Numbered from the stretch's first letter, positions 38,784 to 49,447 are shown. The stretch is DNA of 64,000 nt from a virus (IMGVR_UViG_3300043568_000598:1-64000), one strand, 5' to 3'. Numbers and translations: made by a program. Notes: generated by a model from the letters alone, not told the origin.

Positions 38784-39068
38784 GATAGCAGCACAGTTCA
38801 AGCACACGGTTTTGAGATTATTTGGTCTGCAGTTGTTGAGATTTTCATCTATGTGGAACACCCTAAACACTTCTGTGTGCGGACTTTTGCACCCGCATTT
38901 TTCACACACGGTCTTGGGTTTGTATCCTGCACGTTGCCAACGAGGAATATGCGCACCCGCACCGTGTGATAAACAGATTTCACAGAGTGTTCTATAGTAG
39001 GCACGAGAGTCTTTGTAGTAATTAATGGCTCTAGGTCTCTGTGCGCAGGCCTTGCATAGTGGTCGCAT
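38730..39068 (-). CDS. HNH-like zinc-finger protein (112 aa)
   Basis: Four CxxC pairs; HIDENLNNC..NL..VCLNC; TAAATA-N4-ATG. Confidence 0.65.
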   Translation of the reverse strand: MRPLCKACAQRPRAINYYKDSRAYYRTLCEICLSHGAGAHIPRWQRAGYKPKTVCEKCGCKSPHTEVFRVFHIDENLNNCRPNNLKTVCLNCAAILGKEGITWRQGDLVADY

Positions 39069-39133
39069 GTGATATTTACCCTTTTAGACCCCTTTTGTTA
39101 TGCACCTAACTCGCTGTTTTTGGAATAGTATGC

Positions 39134-39139
39134 TAAATA
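39134..39139 (+). promoter_or_regulatory. Late promoter core for the sheath/tube operon
   Basis: CTAAATA followed by AGGAGA RBS and the ATG at 39173. Confidence 0.6.
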
Positions 39140-39172
39140 TTATGAGCAACTATTACCAGGAGAATAGGCGAT

Positions 39173-42100
39173 ATGGCACTAACATCACCAGGCGTACAAG
39201 TTACGGTAATCGACGAGAGTTTTTATACACCAGCAGAACCTGGTACGGTCCCTCTTATTGTCGTAGCAACAGCCCAAGATAAAACAAACGGAGCTGGCAC
39301 TAACACAGCTTCAGCAACAACCAAAGCAAATGCTGGCAAAGCATTTAAAGTTACCAGCCAAAGAGATCTTACCGATCTGTTTGGAGTTCCGTTCTTTGAG
39401 CAGACAGCGAGTTCAACTCCTATTCATGGCTCAGAGCGTAACGAGTATGGACTATTAGCAGCATACAGTTTATTAGGTGTAAGCAACGCGGCATTTATTG
39501 TTCGTGCTGATGTAGACTTAGACGAACTTGCAGCACAAGTAGATGCCCCGGGAGCGAGCCCAGTAAACGGCAAATGGTGGATCGATACGCAGGCTACAAC
39601 TTGGGGTATCCAAGAGTGGAACAGTGCAGCCGCTACCACAGTAGGCGGACAGAAATTTACTAACAAAGTGCCATTGGTACTTACAGACGCAGATTTTCCA
39701 AGCAAAATAGAAACAACTAATGCTCCTAAAACTTCAGTAGGACAAATTGGCGATTACGCAGTAGTGTTCCGCACAGTTGAAGGTGATACTTCCTACGGTA
39801 CAGCAGAAGATCTTGCAAGAATCTACTACAAGTCTGCTGGTAACGGTGGACTTGGAGATAATGCTCTAAGTGGTACACCAGTTGATGCAGGCGATTGGGT
39901 ATTATTAGGATCAAATGCGTGGAAGGCCAGCTGGCCAGTGGTGATCAGCTCTACCTATAGCGGCACACTCAGTGGCACATTGTTTATTAATAACACTTCT
40001 ATCGTTGCTGGATCCTTAACCACAATTAAAGATAATATTATTGCAGCAAATATTCAAGGTGTAAATGCACAGGTCATTTCAAATAAACTTTATATATACG
40101 CAGACGGTAGAAGCGGGTCAACTGGTGATTCTGCAACTGCTATAGACGGTCGGGTTCAATTAGACAACGGAACAGCTTCATGGGCAACTATTGGTATCAC
40201 AGCCGGTGAATATCTCAGCCCTAAGTTGCAACAGACTCCGCACACAGATGTGCCGACCTTCAAGCGTGGTGATAACACTACTACTGTAGCAGGATATGCT
40301 ACAGGTTCTGTATGGATTAAAACCACAGAACCTAATCGAGGTGCTCGCTGGAGAGCCAAACAGTGGAGCTCTGCTACACAATCATGGGTAGCATCAGAGG
40401 CACCGATTTATGCATCCACAAACGCAGCCTTGTATTATTTGGATCGCAGTGGCGGTGGCGCAAACATTTCAGTAGACACATTGTTTGTACAAAGCAACGC
40501 ACAAGAAAACAGCGGATTTGACACAACACCAGACACAGCTGAATTCCGTGTATGGTATAGAAACGTTGGTGCAGGTCAAGGCACCAGCATTACATCTAAC
40601 ATTGTCAAAAGTGGAACCTTTACCGCAGCATCTACAAGAACATTTACATTGGCTGAAAGCATTGTAGGGCAGTTGGCATTAGATGCAGCTAAAACAATTA
40701 CATTGAGCACAGCTACAGGAAATGCTCCTACAGGCGACAACAGCGATGCAGACAAGTTTGCTGCTGCTATCAACGCAGCTGGCTTCACAAACATCGAAGC
40801 TTCTGTAGTAGCTGTAACAGCGACTCAGAGCAGATTGGTAATTACTCACAATGACGGCGGCGATTTTAGACTCACAGATGGCACAGGTACTCCTTTGTCA
40901 ACTTTGTTCACAGCCTATAACATCAAGACTAGAGCAGGTACAGAAAACTTCTATAACATCTCATTGGGCAGTGGCGCAGTGGGAGCAGAAGATCTTGCTA
41001 CAGGTGCTGCAGAAGACTACTTGGTATCTGGATATAAACCTCTAGCTGCAGATGATCCGAGATTTGCTGCCGGACCTGATGCACCATTAAATGAACCAGC
41101 TGATCAACAAATGTGGTACAATCCTAATTTTGCTGATGTAGATATCATGGTTCACAACGGCAACACATGGGTAGGATATAGATATGGTGCTCCAGGAGCT
41201 AATACAACATCATCACCTTATTACGAAGCTGCAACAGCTACTCTGAGAACAGGTTACTTGCCTATTGTTGCTGCCAGCAATCCATATGTGTCTGGTGTTA
41301 CTACATCAGGCGATCTATGGATTAGCACAGCTGATTTGGAAAACTTCCCAACAATTTACAGATACAACAGCAACTTAACTGATATCGGCGATGCTACACT
41401 GCGTTGGGAATTAGTAGACAAAACAGATCAAACAACTGAAGAAGGTGTATTGTTTGCAGACGCTCGTTGGAATACTACAGGAACAAGTTCAAGTCAATCA
41501 ACTATAGAAGACTTGATCACCAACAACTTCTTAGACCCAGATGCTCCAGATCCAGCACTGTATCCTAAAGGCATGTTGTTGTGGAATCTTAGACGCAGTG
41601 GCGGCAACGTCAAGCAGTATCAAAACAGCTACATCGATACAGCCAGCGACAATCCAAGAACAAGCTCAGCGACACTGGCAGGATCAGCATTTCTTAGCGG
41701 TTCTGGTCTGAGCATGGAGACTTATTTCCCAGATCGTTGGGTTACTGCTTCAGGCAACAACGAAGACGGTTCGGGATCATTCGGTCGCAAGGCACAACGC
41801 AAAGTGGTTACACAGGCGTTGAAGTCAGTGATTGACACAAGCCAAGAAATCCGCGATGAAGAACGCAGAAACTTCAATATTATAGCTTGCCCAGGATATC
41901 CAGAAACAATGAGCAACCTAGTTAATCTCAACATTGACAGAGGTATTACTGCGTTTGTGGTAGGTGATACTCCATTGAGATTGCCAGCAGATGCTACTTC
42001 ATTGAACAACTGGGGTACTAACGCAGAATTAGTCACAGACAACGGTGATGACGGTGTTGTGACCTATGATGAATACTTGGCCACATACTATCCAAATGGA

Positions 42101-42718
42101 TTTACCACTGACCTAAGCGGTTCTAATGCAGTGGTTCCAGCAAGTCACATGATGCTGAAGACTATCGCACTCAGCGACAATGTCAGCTTCCCATGGTTTG
42201 CACCAGCAGGTACAAGACGTGGCGGTATTACCAACGCCACAGCAGTAGGGTATATTGATGCAGCCACAGGTGAATTCCAAACAGTTGCATTGAACGAAGG
42301 TCAACGCGATACATTATACGAACTAAAAATTAATCCAATTCCATTCTTTAACGGTGTTGGTTTAGTAGCATACGGTCAAAAGACCCGTGCAAGAAATGCA
42401 TCAGCATTAGATCGTATCAACGTAGCACGTTTAGTAGTATACCTGCGTAGTCAGTTGAACAAGTTGGCTCGTCCATATCTGTTTGAACCCAATGACAAGA
42501 TTACCAGAGACGAAATCAAACAAGCGGCAGAAAGCCTATTGTTAGAATTAGTAGGCTTGAGAGCAATTTACGACTTTGCGGTTGTGTGTGATGAAAGCAA
42601 TAACACTCCGTCTCGTATCGATCGCAACGAACTTTATGTTGATATCGCTATAGAGCCAGTGAAAGCCATTGAGTTCATTTACATTCCATTGCGTATCAAG
42701 AACACAGGAGAAATTTAA
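39173..42718 (+). CDS. Tail sheath protein (T4 gp18-like, 1181 aa)
   Basis: SPGV.V..ID.S start; PWFAPAG..RG; INPI; RINV.RL; FEPND; PVKAIEFI. Confidence 0.95.
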   Translation: MALTSPGVQVTVIDESFYTPAEPGTVPLIVVATAQDKTNGAGTNTASATTKANAGKAFKVTSQRDLTDLFGVPFFEQTASSTPIHGSERNEYGLLAAYSLLGVSNAAFIVRADVDLDELAAQVDAPGASPVNGKWWIDTQATTWGIQEWNSAAATTVGGQKFTNKVPLVLTDADFPSKIETTNAPKTSVGQIGDYAVVFRTVEGDTSYGTAEDLARIYYKSAGNGGLGDNALSGTPVDAGDWVLLGSNAWKASWPVVISSTYSGTLSGTLFINNTSIVAGSLTTIKDNIIAANIQGVNAQVISNKLYIYADGRSGSTGDSATAIDGRVQLDNGTASWATIGITAGEYLSPKLQQTPHTDVPTFKRGDNTTTVAGYATGSVWIKTTEPNRGARWRAKQWSSATQSWVASEAPIYASTNAALYYLDRSGGGANISVDTLFVQSNAQENSGFDTTPDTAEFRVWYRNVGAGQGTSITSNIVKSGTFTAASTRTFTLAESIVGQLALDAAKTITLSTATGNAPTGDNSDADKFAAAINAAGFTNIEASVVAVTATQSRLVITHNDGGDFRLTDGTGTPLSTLFTAYNIKTRAGTENFYNISLGSGAVGAEDLATGAAEDYLVSGYKPLAADDPRFAAGPDAPLNEPADQQMWYNPNFADVDIMVHNGNTWVGYRYGAPGANTTSSPYYEAATATLRTGYLPIVAASNPYVSGVTTSGDLWISTADLENFPTIYRYNSNLTDIGDATLRWELVDKTDQTTEEGVLFADARWNTTGTSSSQSTIEDLITNNFLDPDAPDPALYPKGMLLWNLRRSGGNVKQYQNSYIDTASDNPRTSSATLAGSAFLSGSGLSMETYFPDRWVTASGNNEDGSGSFGRKAQRKVVTQALKSVIDTSQEIRDEERRNFNIIACPGYPETMSNLVNLNIDRGITAFVVGDTPLRLPADATSLNNWGTNAELVTDNGDDGVVTYDEYLATYYPNGFTTDLSGSNAVVPASHMMLKTIALSDNVSFPWFAPAGTRRGGITNATAVGYIDAATGEFQTVALNEGQRDTLYELKINPIPFFNGVGLVAYGQKTRARNASALDRINVARLVVYLRSQLNKLARPYLFEPNDKITRDEIKQAAESLLLELVGLRAIYDFAVVCDESNNTPSRIDRNELYVDIAIEPVKAIEFIYIPLRIKNTGEI

Positions 42719-42720
42719 AA

Positions 42721-43371
42721 ATGGCAATTACATCGCTTAACAACATTGGTATTCCAACTACCAACGCAGCTGGCAGCACTCAAGTGCTGTTGATGCCAAA
42801 GTTAAAATATCGCTTTAGAGTTACACTGTTAGGATTTGGAGTTGCCGCAGCTACTGAACTTACTAAACAGGTACAAGATGTTACAAGACCTAAAGTGTCG
42901 TTTGAAGAAATGACACTGGACGTCTACAACTCAAAAGTTAAATTAGCTGGCAAATACACACTTGAAAACGTTACACTGACATTGCGTGACGATGCCAGTG
43001 GACAAGTGCAGAAATTAGTTGGCCAACAGATTCAGAAGCAGTATGACTTTATGGAACAGGCTTCTGCACGTTCAGGTATTGACTACAAATTTACCACACG
43101 TATCGAAGTGCTTGACGGCGGTAATGGTGCTCTAGTACCAACCACCTTAGAAACATTTGAACTATATGGTTGTTTTGTGCAGAATGCAGACTACGGTGAT
43201 GCAAACTACAGTACCAACGAGCACATGACAGTGGCACTGACTATTGCCTACGATAACCTATCACAGTTCGCAGCTGGTACAACAGCAGTGAGCCCAATAG
43301 GCGGTATTGGAGCAGCAGTAGGAAGAACTATTGGTGCTGCTACTACAGGTGCGTCTACAGCCCAGGGATAA
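42721..43371 (+). CDS. Tail tube protein (gp19-like)
   Basis: Directly after the sheath; PKL.YRFRV, V.RP...FE, L.I.YD. Confidence 0.85.
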   Translation: MAITSLNNIGIPTTNAAGSTQVLLMPKLKYRFRVTLLGFGVAAATELTKQVQDVTRPKVSFEEMTLDVYNSKVKLAGKYTLENVTLTLRDDASGQVQKLVGQQIQKQYDFMEQASARSGIDYKFTTRIEVLDGGNGALVPTTLETFELYGCFVQNADYGDANYSTNEHMTVALTIAYDNLSQFAAGTTAVSPIGGIGAAVGRTIGAATTGASTAQG

Positions 43372-43386
43372 TAGTAATATTAACTC

Positions 43387-43417
43387 AAAAAGCCCGACTA
43401 AAAATCGGGCTTTTTTT
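43387..43417 (+). terminator. Intrinsic terminator
   Basis: AAAAAGCCCGA-loop-TCGGGCTTTTTTT. Confidence 0.85.
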
Positions 43418-43434
43418 GTGGCATAAATATTTGT

Positions 43435-44532
43435 ATGGCAAATAAATTCACGAGATATCTATCAGAGTTCGGTTCAGGCTTGATCGAAGGCGTAACCAAG
43501 CCCAAGGGTCAACAGAGTAACTATCGTCATGCCACGAGATTATTTGTTGATAACAATCTTAGACTCAGTCCTAAGACCAAGTTTCTTTACTATGTTCAGT
43601 TTGAAATAGACAACACAGTAAGAGGCATGAGTGCATTCACCGCCAAGCATGCCAACGAAGCTGGACTGTTAGTAAAGAGTGCAGACTTACCAAAATTTAA
43701 TTTTGATTCAGTGGTAAAAAATCAATACAATCGCAAAAAGATAGTTTATAAACAGATCAACTACGAACCTGTAAACATCAACATGCACGACGACAGCAAT
43801 GCTGTGATCAATGCCATGTGGGCCTTGTATTACGGTTATTATATTGCAGATCGTCACAATCCGGATGCAGCCTTCAAGCCCAATCATCTTAGAAAGACTG
43901 GTACACAAATTGACAATTTTAGATATGGCTTAGACAACGACAAGAAAGAAGCAGACTTCTTTAAATCGGTAACTATCTATACCATGAGTCGTAGACGATT
44001 TGTTGGATATACTTTGGTAAATCCCAGAATCAAGACTTGGAATCACGGGGGCATGGACTATGGAGCCAGTGAATTCAATGAAAGCCAAATGACGTTAGAG
44101 TACGAGGCTGTGAGATATACCACTGGCAATGTAAGTGTTGGTACACCTAAAGGATTTGCCACATTACACTATGACACTGTGCCAAGTCCATTAAGTGTGG
44201 CAGGCGGTGGCGTTGCCACACTTACAGGCGAAGGCGGAGTTTTAGATGGCCTGGAGCAGATTTTCGGTGACATTGGGTCAGGCGGTGCTTTCAGCACTCC
44301 TGGAGGATTCATTGGTACATTAGCCAAGTCCATAAACACCTACAAGAATTTTAAGAGCCTAAGCAAAGAGCAGTTGGCCAGTGAAGCAATTGGCATCCTT
44401 AGCAATCCTGGAAATATCACAGCGGCAGCACAGAGTATAGGCGGGGTAGTAGGTGCTATCTTTCCCAAGAGCGCCAGCACAGAAACTACAACCAGCGCCA
44501 GCCAACGGAACGTGGTAGGAGGTCCAGATTAA
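43435..44532 (+). CDS. Tube-like baseplate/tail-tube initiator (gp48/gp54-like)
   Basis: LVKS.DLPKF...NQYNRK...Y.PV.I.MHDD...M.L.YE tube-family pattern. Confidence 0.6.
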   Translation: MANKFTRYLSEFGSGLIEGVTKPKGQQSNYRHATRLFVDNNLRLSPKTKFLYYVQFEIDNTVRGMSAFTAKHANEAGLLVKSADLPKFNFDSVVKNQYNRKKIVYKQINYEPVNINMHDDSNAVINAMWALYYGYYIADRHNPDAAFKPNHLRKTGTQIDNFRYGLDNDKKEADFFKSVTIYTMSRRRFVGYTLVNPRIKTWNHGGMDYGASEFNESQMTLEYEAVRYTTGNVSVGTPKGFATLHYDTVPSPLSVAGGGVATLTGEGGVLDGLEQIFGDIGSGGAFSTPGGFIGTLAKSINTYKNFKSLSKEQLASEAIGILSNPGNITAAAQSIGGVVGAIFPKSASTETTTSASQRNVVGGPD

Positions 44533-44535
44533 TCT

Positions 44536-44901
44536 ATGACTACTAATTTACCAGCACAACCTATAGAAGACAGTGCAGCTACTACTAAATTATACTTTGA
44601 AAACTACGGTGAGGCAGCATTAGAGTTTCCTTCCAATGATGTCACAGCCGCAGTGAGTTTTTTCCAGCAGGCCGGGTTTGATCTCGATGCTGCTTCGACC
44701 TGTGCAGCCGTAATCCTAAGACAGGCCAAGATTGACAGCACACCTATCTTTGAAATACTCGATACGTTGAAAAGTTTCTCCAGAGTTTCGTTAGGGCAGA
44801 TCGTGGCAGAGATACTCAACAACAATCGTGTGTCCACATCTATATTAGGCTACAGAACCACTGATATAAAGCCTAACCAAACAAGAAACATAGCTGCCTA
44901 A
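44536..44901 (+). CDS. Hypothetical protein (121 aa)
   Basis: GGAGG RBS; overlaps the start of the next gene. Confidence 0.6.
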   Translation: MTTNLPAQPIEDSAATTKLYFENYGEAALEFPSNDVTAAVSFFQQAGFDLDAASTCAAVILRQAKIDSTPIFEILDTLKSFSRVSLGQIVAEILNNNRVSTSILGYRTTDIKPNQTRNIAA

Positions 44902-45341
44902 TGTCTAAATTCGCACAGGGACGATTTGAAATGAAAAACCCTGCCAAATATGTAGGGAAGAAAACTCCATTGGCTCGTAGTTCGTGGGAATTTGTGTTTA
45001 TGCGTATGTTAGATGAGCATCAAGGTGTGGAAAATTGGGCCAGCGAAAGTATACAAATCCCATACCGAGACCCTATGACTGGCAAATACACAATATATGT
45101 GCCTGATTTCTTTGTGGTCTACAAAGACAAAACTGGCAAGAAACATGCAGAAGTGGTAGAGGTCAAACCGCAGAGTCAAACCCTAAGAGAATCAGTGGGC
45201 AAAAGCAGATACAATCAAGAGCAGTATATTAAAAACATGGCCAAATGGGAAGCTGCCACAGCTTGGTGTAAACAGCAAGGTATTAGGTTTAGAGTGGTCA
45301 ATGAAGGGGATATTTTCCATCAAGGCACCAAACGCAGATAA
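44901..45341 (+). CDS. Head completion nuclease (T4 gp4-like, TnsA-N fold)
   Basis: RSSWE, WASE...IPY, YVPDF, EVKP, AKWEAA..WC. Confidence 0.88.
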   Translation: MSKFAQGRFEMKNPAKYVGKKTPLARSSWEFVFMRMLDEHQGVENWASESIQIPYRDPMTGKYTIYVPDFFVVYKDKTGKKHAEVVEVKPQSQTLRESVGKSRYNQEQYIKNMAKWEAATAWCKQQGIRFRVVNEGDIFHQGTKRR

Positions 45342-45348
45342 GTATGAT

Positions 45349-45819
45349 ATGACTAAAAAATTAGAAGAACTATTTGATTTAGAATCTCAGCCCGAGCCTG
45401 CACTACCACCTCCGCCTGTACATGAAGAAATCAATAGTCTTGAAGATCAGTTTCAAGCGGTACAAAAGATAGTACAAACACTGCCGCATATACAAGAACT
45501 GGATAATCTTGATGAGCAAGAACTGGATAATTTGGCAAAAAAAGCAGAACAGGCCTACGATGATCTCATGGATTTGGGCATGAACGTAGAAGTGAGATAT
45601 TCGGGTAGGATTTTTGAAGTAGCCAGCTCAATGATGGGCAACGCTATTACTGCCAAAAGCAACAAGATAGAAAAGAAACTCAAAGCTGTGGATCTACAGC
45701 TGAAAAAACTTAAAATAGACAACGATGCTGGAGTAGATCCCAACAATGTAATAAACGGGCAGGGCTATGTGATTACAGATCGCAATGAGCTGCTGAAAAA
45801 ATTAAGCGGAAAAGCATAA
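45349..45819 (+). CDS. Putative terminase small subunit (gp16-like; start likely 45349)
   Basis: Helical; RIFEVA..M; ITDRNELLK; upstream of terL; TAAGTA-N4-ATG. Confidence 0.55.
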   Translation: MTKKLEELFDLESQPEPALPPPPVHEEINSLEDQFQAVQKIVQTLPHIQELDNLDEQELDNLAKKAEQAYDDLMDLGMNVEVRYSGRIFEVASSMMGNAITAKSNKIEKKLKAVDLQLKKLKIDNDAGVDPNNVINGQGYVITDRNELLKKLSGKA

Positions 45820-45827
45820 ATACTCAT

Positions 45828-46424
45828 ATGAAAACTTTTAAAGAATATCTCGTCGAAAACAAAAAAATCTACAGCTTCAAGATCAAAGTTGCAGGCGATG
45901 TTCCTGAAAAATTCCAAGAAGCTCTTAAATCGCGCTTGGACAGCTGCAAGGTTATGACATTTGAAAAACTGTCAACTACACCCATACAGAAATTGCCACT
46001 GGATTTTCCGGGCAAAGAAAACATGCAGGTTACCATATATGAAGTAATTTGCGAATATCCTATTACTCCACCAGAAATAGAAACACACGTTAAAGCTATA
46101 GGCATAGACGAAGATTGTTTCCGTGTAAGAAACAGCGGTGAGCCTACAGAAGTAGATCAAGTGTTGATGGACAACGAACCCAGTGGCGAAGCTATGTTAG
46201 ACGAACAAGACATGGACAAAGGCACAGGAAAAATCAAACACAAAGATTACTTCGGTGATGATTTCAACAAAGGGTTTCTAAAAGATTTAAGCAAAACAGC
46301 CAAGCAGAGAACCAAAGACGGGTTCGCTGCTGAATATAAAATACCCAAGCAAAAAATAGACAAAGCCGGATCTATGAGTCCAATGTCAAATGCTGGCAAA
46401 CCAGATCCACGCAAAGGAAATTAA
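45828..46424 (+). CDS. Hypothetical head-associated protein (198 aa)
   Basis: MKTFKEYL.E N-terminus, as in T4-like capsid-targeted proteins; TAAATA-N5-ATG. Confidence 0.5.
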   Translation: MKTFKEYLVENKKIYSFKIKVAGDVPEKFQEALKSRLDSCKVMTFEKLSTTPIQKLPLDFPGKENMQVTIYEVICEYPITPPEIETHVKAIGIDEDCFRVRNSGEPTEVDQVLMDNEPSGEAMLDEQDMDKGTGKIKHKDYFGDDFNKGFLKDLSKTAKQRTKDGFAAEYKIPKQKIDKAGSMSPMSNAGKPDPRKGN

Positions 46425-46426
46425 CT

Positions 46427-47158
46427 ATGAACTTTCAAGAACTATTGGCCAAGATGCAGGAGTTAGACAGGCCCGCCACAGAAGCCTGCGGTGACTCACC
46501 TATGCCAATGGGCATGCCTAGCATGCCACCGATGTCAGCAAAACCAGACACTCCACCACCGAGCATGAGTTTAAATCTCAATGCACAAGGCATGGACAAC
46601 ATCGAAGAACTAATGAAGCTGATGACCAAAGTTAATCCAGATATGATTAACCAACCAGCACCGATGAGCTCTATCAGCATCGAGCCTATGGACAAGCCCA
46701 TGGGCGGACTACCTCCATTAAAGATGCTGCCAGACATGGACTCAAAGCCACACAGCGAGCCAGATGCAGATAACATGGGCGGTCCGAGCGACATGGATGC
46801 AGACAATATGCCGCCAATGGGCGACTTAGATCGCGATGACGGCGATGATGTAACCAAAGACATGGGCGACATTGACGGTGATGGAGATCATGACATGGAT
46901 GATCACGATGCTGAAAAGAAAGAAAAAGATGAAGCATTTGGTAATTCACTGAACGGTTCAGAGCCAGAGTACGCAGGCGTTGACGCTGCTATTCCAGACG
47001 GTGATGATCTAAACAAGCCTAAGAAAAGCTTCAGCGGTAAACCATATCGCGGTGACAACCCTATGGCCGCAGGCGCTTACGAAAGCAAAGAACAACTACG
47101 TGCCAGTATACGAGAAGAACTACTTCAGAGATTGGCAGAAGCTAAAGGAGCGAAATAA
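46427..47158 (+). CDS. Acidic Met/Pro/Asp-rich protein (possible prohead core/internal protein)
   Basis: Low-complexity acidic core, DIDGDGDHD motif, helical ends; AAGGA RBS. Confidence 0.5.
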   Translation: MNFQELLAKMQELDRPATEACGDSPMPMGMPSMPPMSAKPDTPPPSMSLNLNAQGMDNIEELMKLMTKVNPDMINQPAPMSSISIEPMDKPMGGLPPLKMLPDMDSKPHSEPDADNMGGPSDMDADNMPPMGDLDRDDGDDVTKDMGDIDGDGDHDMDDHDAEKKEKDEAFGNSLNGSEPEYAGVDAAIPDGDDLNKPKKSFSGKPYRGDNPMAAGAYESKEQLRASIREELLQRLAEAKGAK

Positions 47159-47802
47159 TGTCAGGATTTAAAATTTCATCTGAGTCACTAAGACCAGAAT
47201 TTTATCAAGTGGTAATTACACTAACTGGTGGTGCAGGAACATACCCTACAGCAGACGGCAACGACAACGGAGCAGTATGCCCACAAGATCACAGCGCATT
47301 TGCAACAAAGCCAGCTACATTGGCAATTGGCCGTCGTGTGGCTAGGGGTCATCAACGTTTCTTAGCCATTGTTGAAAATCTACAAAAATACGCTGACGCA
47401 CAAATTCAAGACGTGCAGTTTACCAGTGCTGGCGTAACAGTAGCAGCCAATCAAGCAACCGCAGTTACATTTACGGTGCGATATGACCGTGCAGGTGCAG
47501 CAGGTGCCGGCACATCAGACGGTGTATTAGGCGGAACAAGAGCAGAAATCGGAACACCTTTTGAATTTACCGCTACTACAGATGGTACTATTACTGTGGA
47601 TTCGACTGCTAAGGCATTGAGATATCAAGTTGGCCAAGCCATTGGCAGAACCAACTATGTTAAGAGTATGAGAGTATTTGATGGCGGTCAAGGTGCTGAA
47701 ATACAAGAATCATTAACTGTTACATTGCCCGACACGCTTGCAGACATTTACAAAGACGTAGCTGTAACCCTAGTCGATGCAGCAGAAACCATCGATAGTT
47801 AA
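47158..47802 (+). CDS. Hypothetical structural protein (214 aa)
   Basis: AAGGAG RBS; Ala/Thr/Gly-rich. Confidence 0.55.
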   Translation: MSGFKISSESLRPEFYQVVITLTGGAGTYPTADGNDNGAVCPQDHSAFATKPATLAIGRRVARGHQRFLAIVENLQKYADAQIQDVQFTSAGVTVAANQATAVTFTVRYDRAGAAGAGTSDGVLGGTRAEIGTPFEFTATTDGTITVDSTAKALRYQVGQAIGRTNYVKSMRVFDGGQGAEIQESLTVTLPDTLADIYKDVAVTLVDAAETIDS

Positions 47803-47818
47803 TACAAACTAACAAACC

Positions 47819-47846
47819 AAATAGGCTCTCCGGAGCCTATTTTTTT
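47819..47846 (+). terminator. Intrinsic terminator
   Basis: AAATAGGCTC-TCCG-GAGCCTATTTTTTT. Confidence 0.85.
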
Positions 47847-47860
47847 CATTAAATAAACAT

Positions 47861-49447
47861 ATGTCAAAATCCTTAGACGGCAATCTAATCAAGAAAGCCC
47901 ATGCACCGATACGCTATAATCTAGAAGAAGTCAAGCACCTAGAAGCCTGTATGGATCCAGTTACTGGACCTTTATACTTTGCCAAAAACTTTATCAAGAT
48001 ACAACATCCTACTAGAGGATCAATACCGTTTGAGCCCTACGGGTTTCAAGAACTACTGATTGACGCATACCATACCAACAAAGAATGCATAGCCATGTTG
48101 CCACGTCAGATGGGCAAGACCACCTGCGCAGTAGCATACCTATTATGGTATACTCAGTTCATGCCAGACGTACAGGTATTGATCGCTGCACACAAGTACG
48201 AAGGTGCTCGAGACATCATGGATCGTTATCGATATGCTTATGAAAATTTACCCGATTTTATCCGTGCTGGAGTATATTCGTATAACAGAAACACCATCGA
48301 ATACGATAATGGATCACGCATACAAGCAACTACCACAACTGAAAACACAGGTCGTGGCAAATCTCTTTCGCTAATATACTGCGACGAGTTTGCATTCGTA
48401 CAACCACCAGAGAAAGCCAAAGAGTTCTGGACAGCATTATCACCAACATTAGCCACAGGTGGTAAAGCTATTATTACATCAACACCTAACTCAGACGAAG
48501 ATCAATTCGCCATGATTTGGTTAGAAGCCAACAAGCGATTTGACGACTTTGGCAATGAAACTAAATTAGGTGTCAACGGTTTCTTCCCCTTCTTTGCACC
48601 GTGGCAAGAACACCCAGACCGTGACGACGAGTGGGCTAGATTAGAACGTGCTAAGATTGGCGAAGAACGATTCCGTAGAGAGTTTGAATGCGAGTTCTTG
48701 ATCTATGACGAAACTCTAATCAACTCTGTGAAGTTAGTTGAACTTGCAGGATCGGACCCTATGATGAACATGGGGCAGACTCGTTGGTATAAAGAAATAA
48801 ATCCCAGAGCCACATATCTAATAGCTCTAGACCCTAGCTTGGGCACAGGTGGAGACTACGGGGCTATACAGGTCTATGAAATGCCTGAAATGGTGCAGGT
48901 AGCAGAATGGCATCACAATACCACTCCTGTGCAGCAACAGGTCAGAGTGTTGAGAGAAATACTAAAATACATCTATGAAAGAGGTGAAGAACAGGGCGGT
49001 GCACCTATTATGTATTACAGTGTTGAAAACAATACCATAGGTGAATCTGCCCTAATAGTGATCAACGACATAGGTGAAGAAAACTTTCATGGATTGTTCC
49101 TTTCAGAGCCCATCCGCAAAGGACACATTCGCAAGTTCCGTAAAGGATTCAACACCACACATAGAAGTAAAATATCTGCTTGCAGCCAGCTAAAGAACAT
49201 GATTGAAAATCATAAAATGACCATCCACAGCAAGCCCTTGATATCCGAGCTGAAAACATACATTGCTTCGGGACTAGGGTTTAAAGCCAAGAGCGGAGAA
49301 CACGACGATCTAGTCAGTTCAACACTGCTGATCATGCGCATGGCAGATGTGTTAGCAGACTGGGATCCACAGATCTACGACAAAATGACGGAAAAAATCA
49401 CTGATGAATCTATGCCTATGCCGATCTTTGTAAGCATGGGCCTTTGA
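47861..49447 (+). CDS. terL: Terminase large subunit (T4 gp17-like)
   Basis: PRQMGKTT Walker A; LIYCDEFAF Walker B; ITSTPN; IALDP and HDDLV nuclease motifs. Confidence 0.95.
   Translation: MSKSLDGNLIKKAHAPIRYNLEEVKHLEACMDPVTGPLYFAKNFIKIQHPTRGSIPFEPYGFQELLIDAYHTNKECIAMLPRQMGKTTCAVAYLLWYTQFMPDVQVLIAAHKYEGARDIMDRYRYAYENLPDFIRAGVYSYNRNTIEYDNGSRIQATTTTENTGRGKSLSLIYCDEFAFVQPPEKAKEFWTALSPTLATGGKAIITSTPNSDEDQFAMIWLEANKRFDDFGNETKLGVNGFFPFFAPWQEHPDRDDEWARLERAKIGEERFRREFECEFLIYDETLINSVKLVELAGSDPMMNMGQTRWYKEINPRATYLIALDPSLGTGGDYGAIQVYEMPEMVQVAEWHHNTTPVQQQVRVLREILKYIYERGEEQGGAPIMYYSVENNTIGESALIVINDIGEENFHGLFLSEPIRKGHIRKFRKGFNTTHRSKISACSQLKNMIENHKMTIHSKPLISELKTYIASGLGFKAKSGEHDDLVSSTLLIMRMADVLADWDPQIYDKMTEKITDESMPMPIFVSMGL

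Noticed and set aside
44901-45341. Tn7 TnsA transposase / mobile element
   Set aside because: The fold is shared with T4 gp4 head completion protein; the context is morphogenesis and there is no tnsB/tnsC
47861-49447. Intein or intron in terL
   Set aside because: Normal length, uninterrupted frame and no splicing motifs
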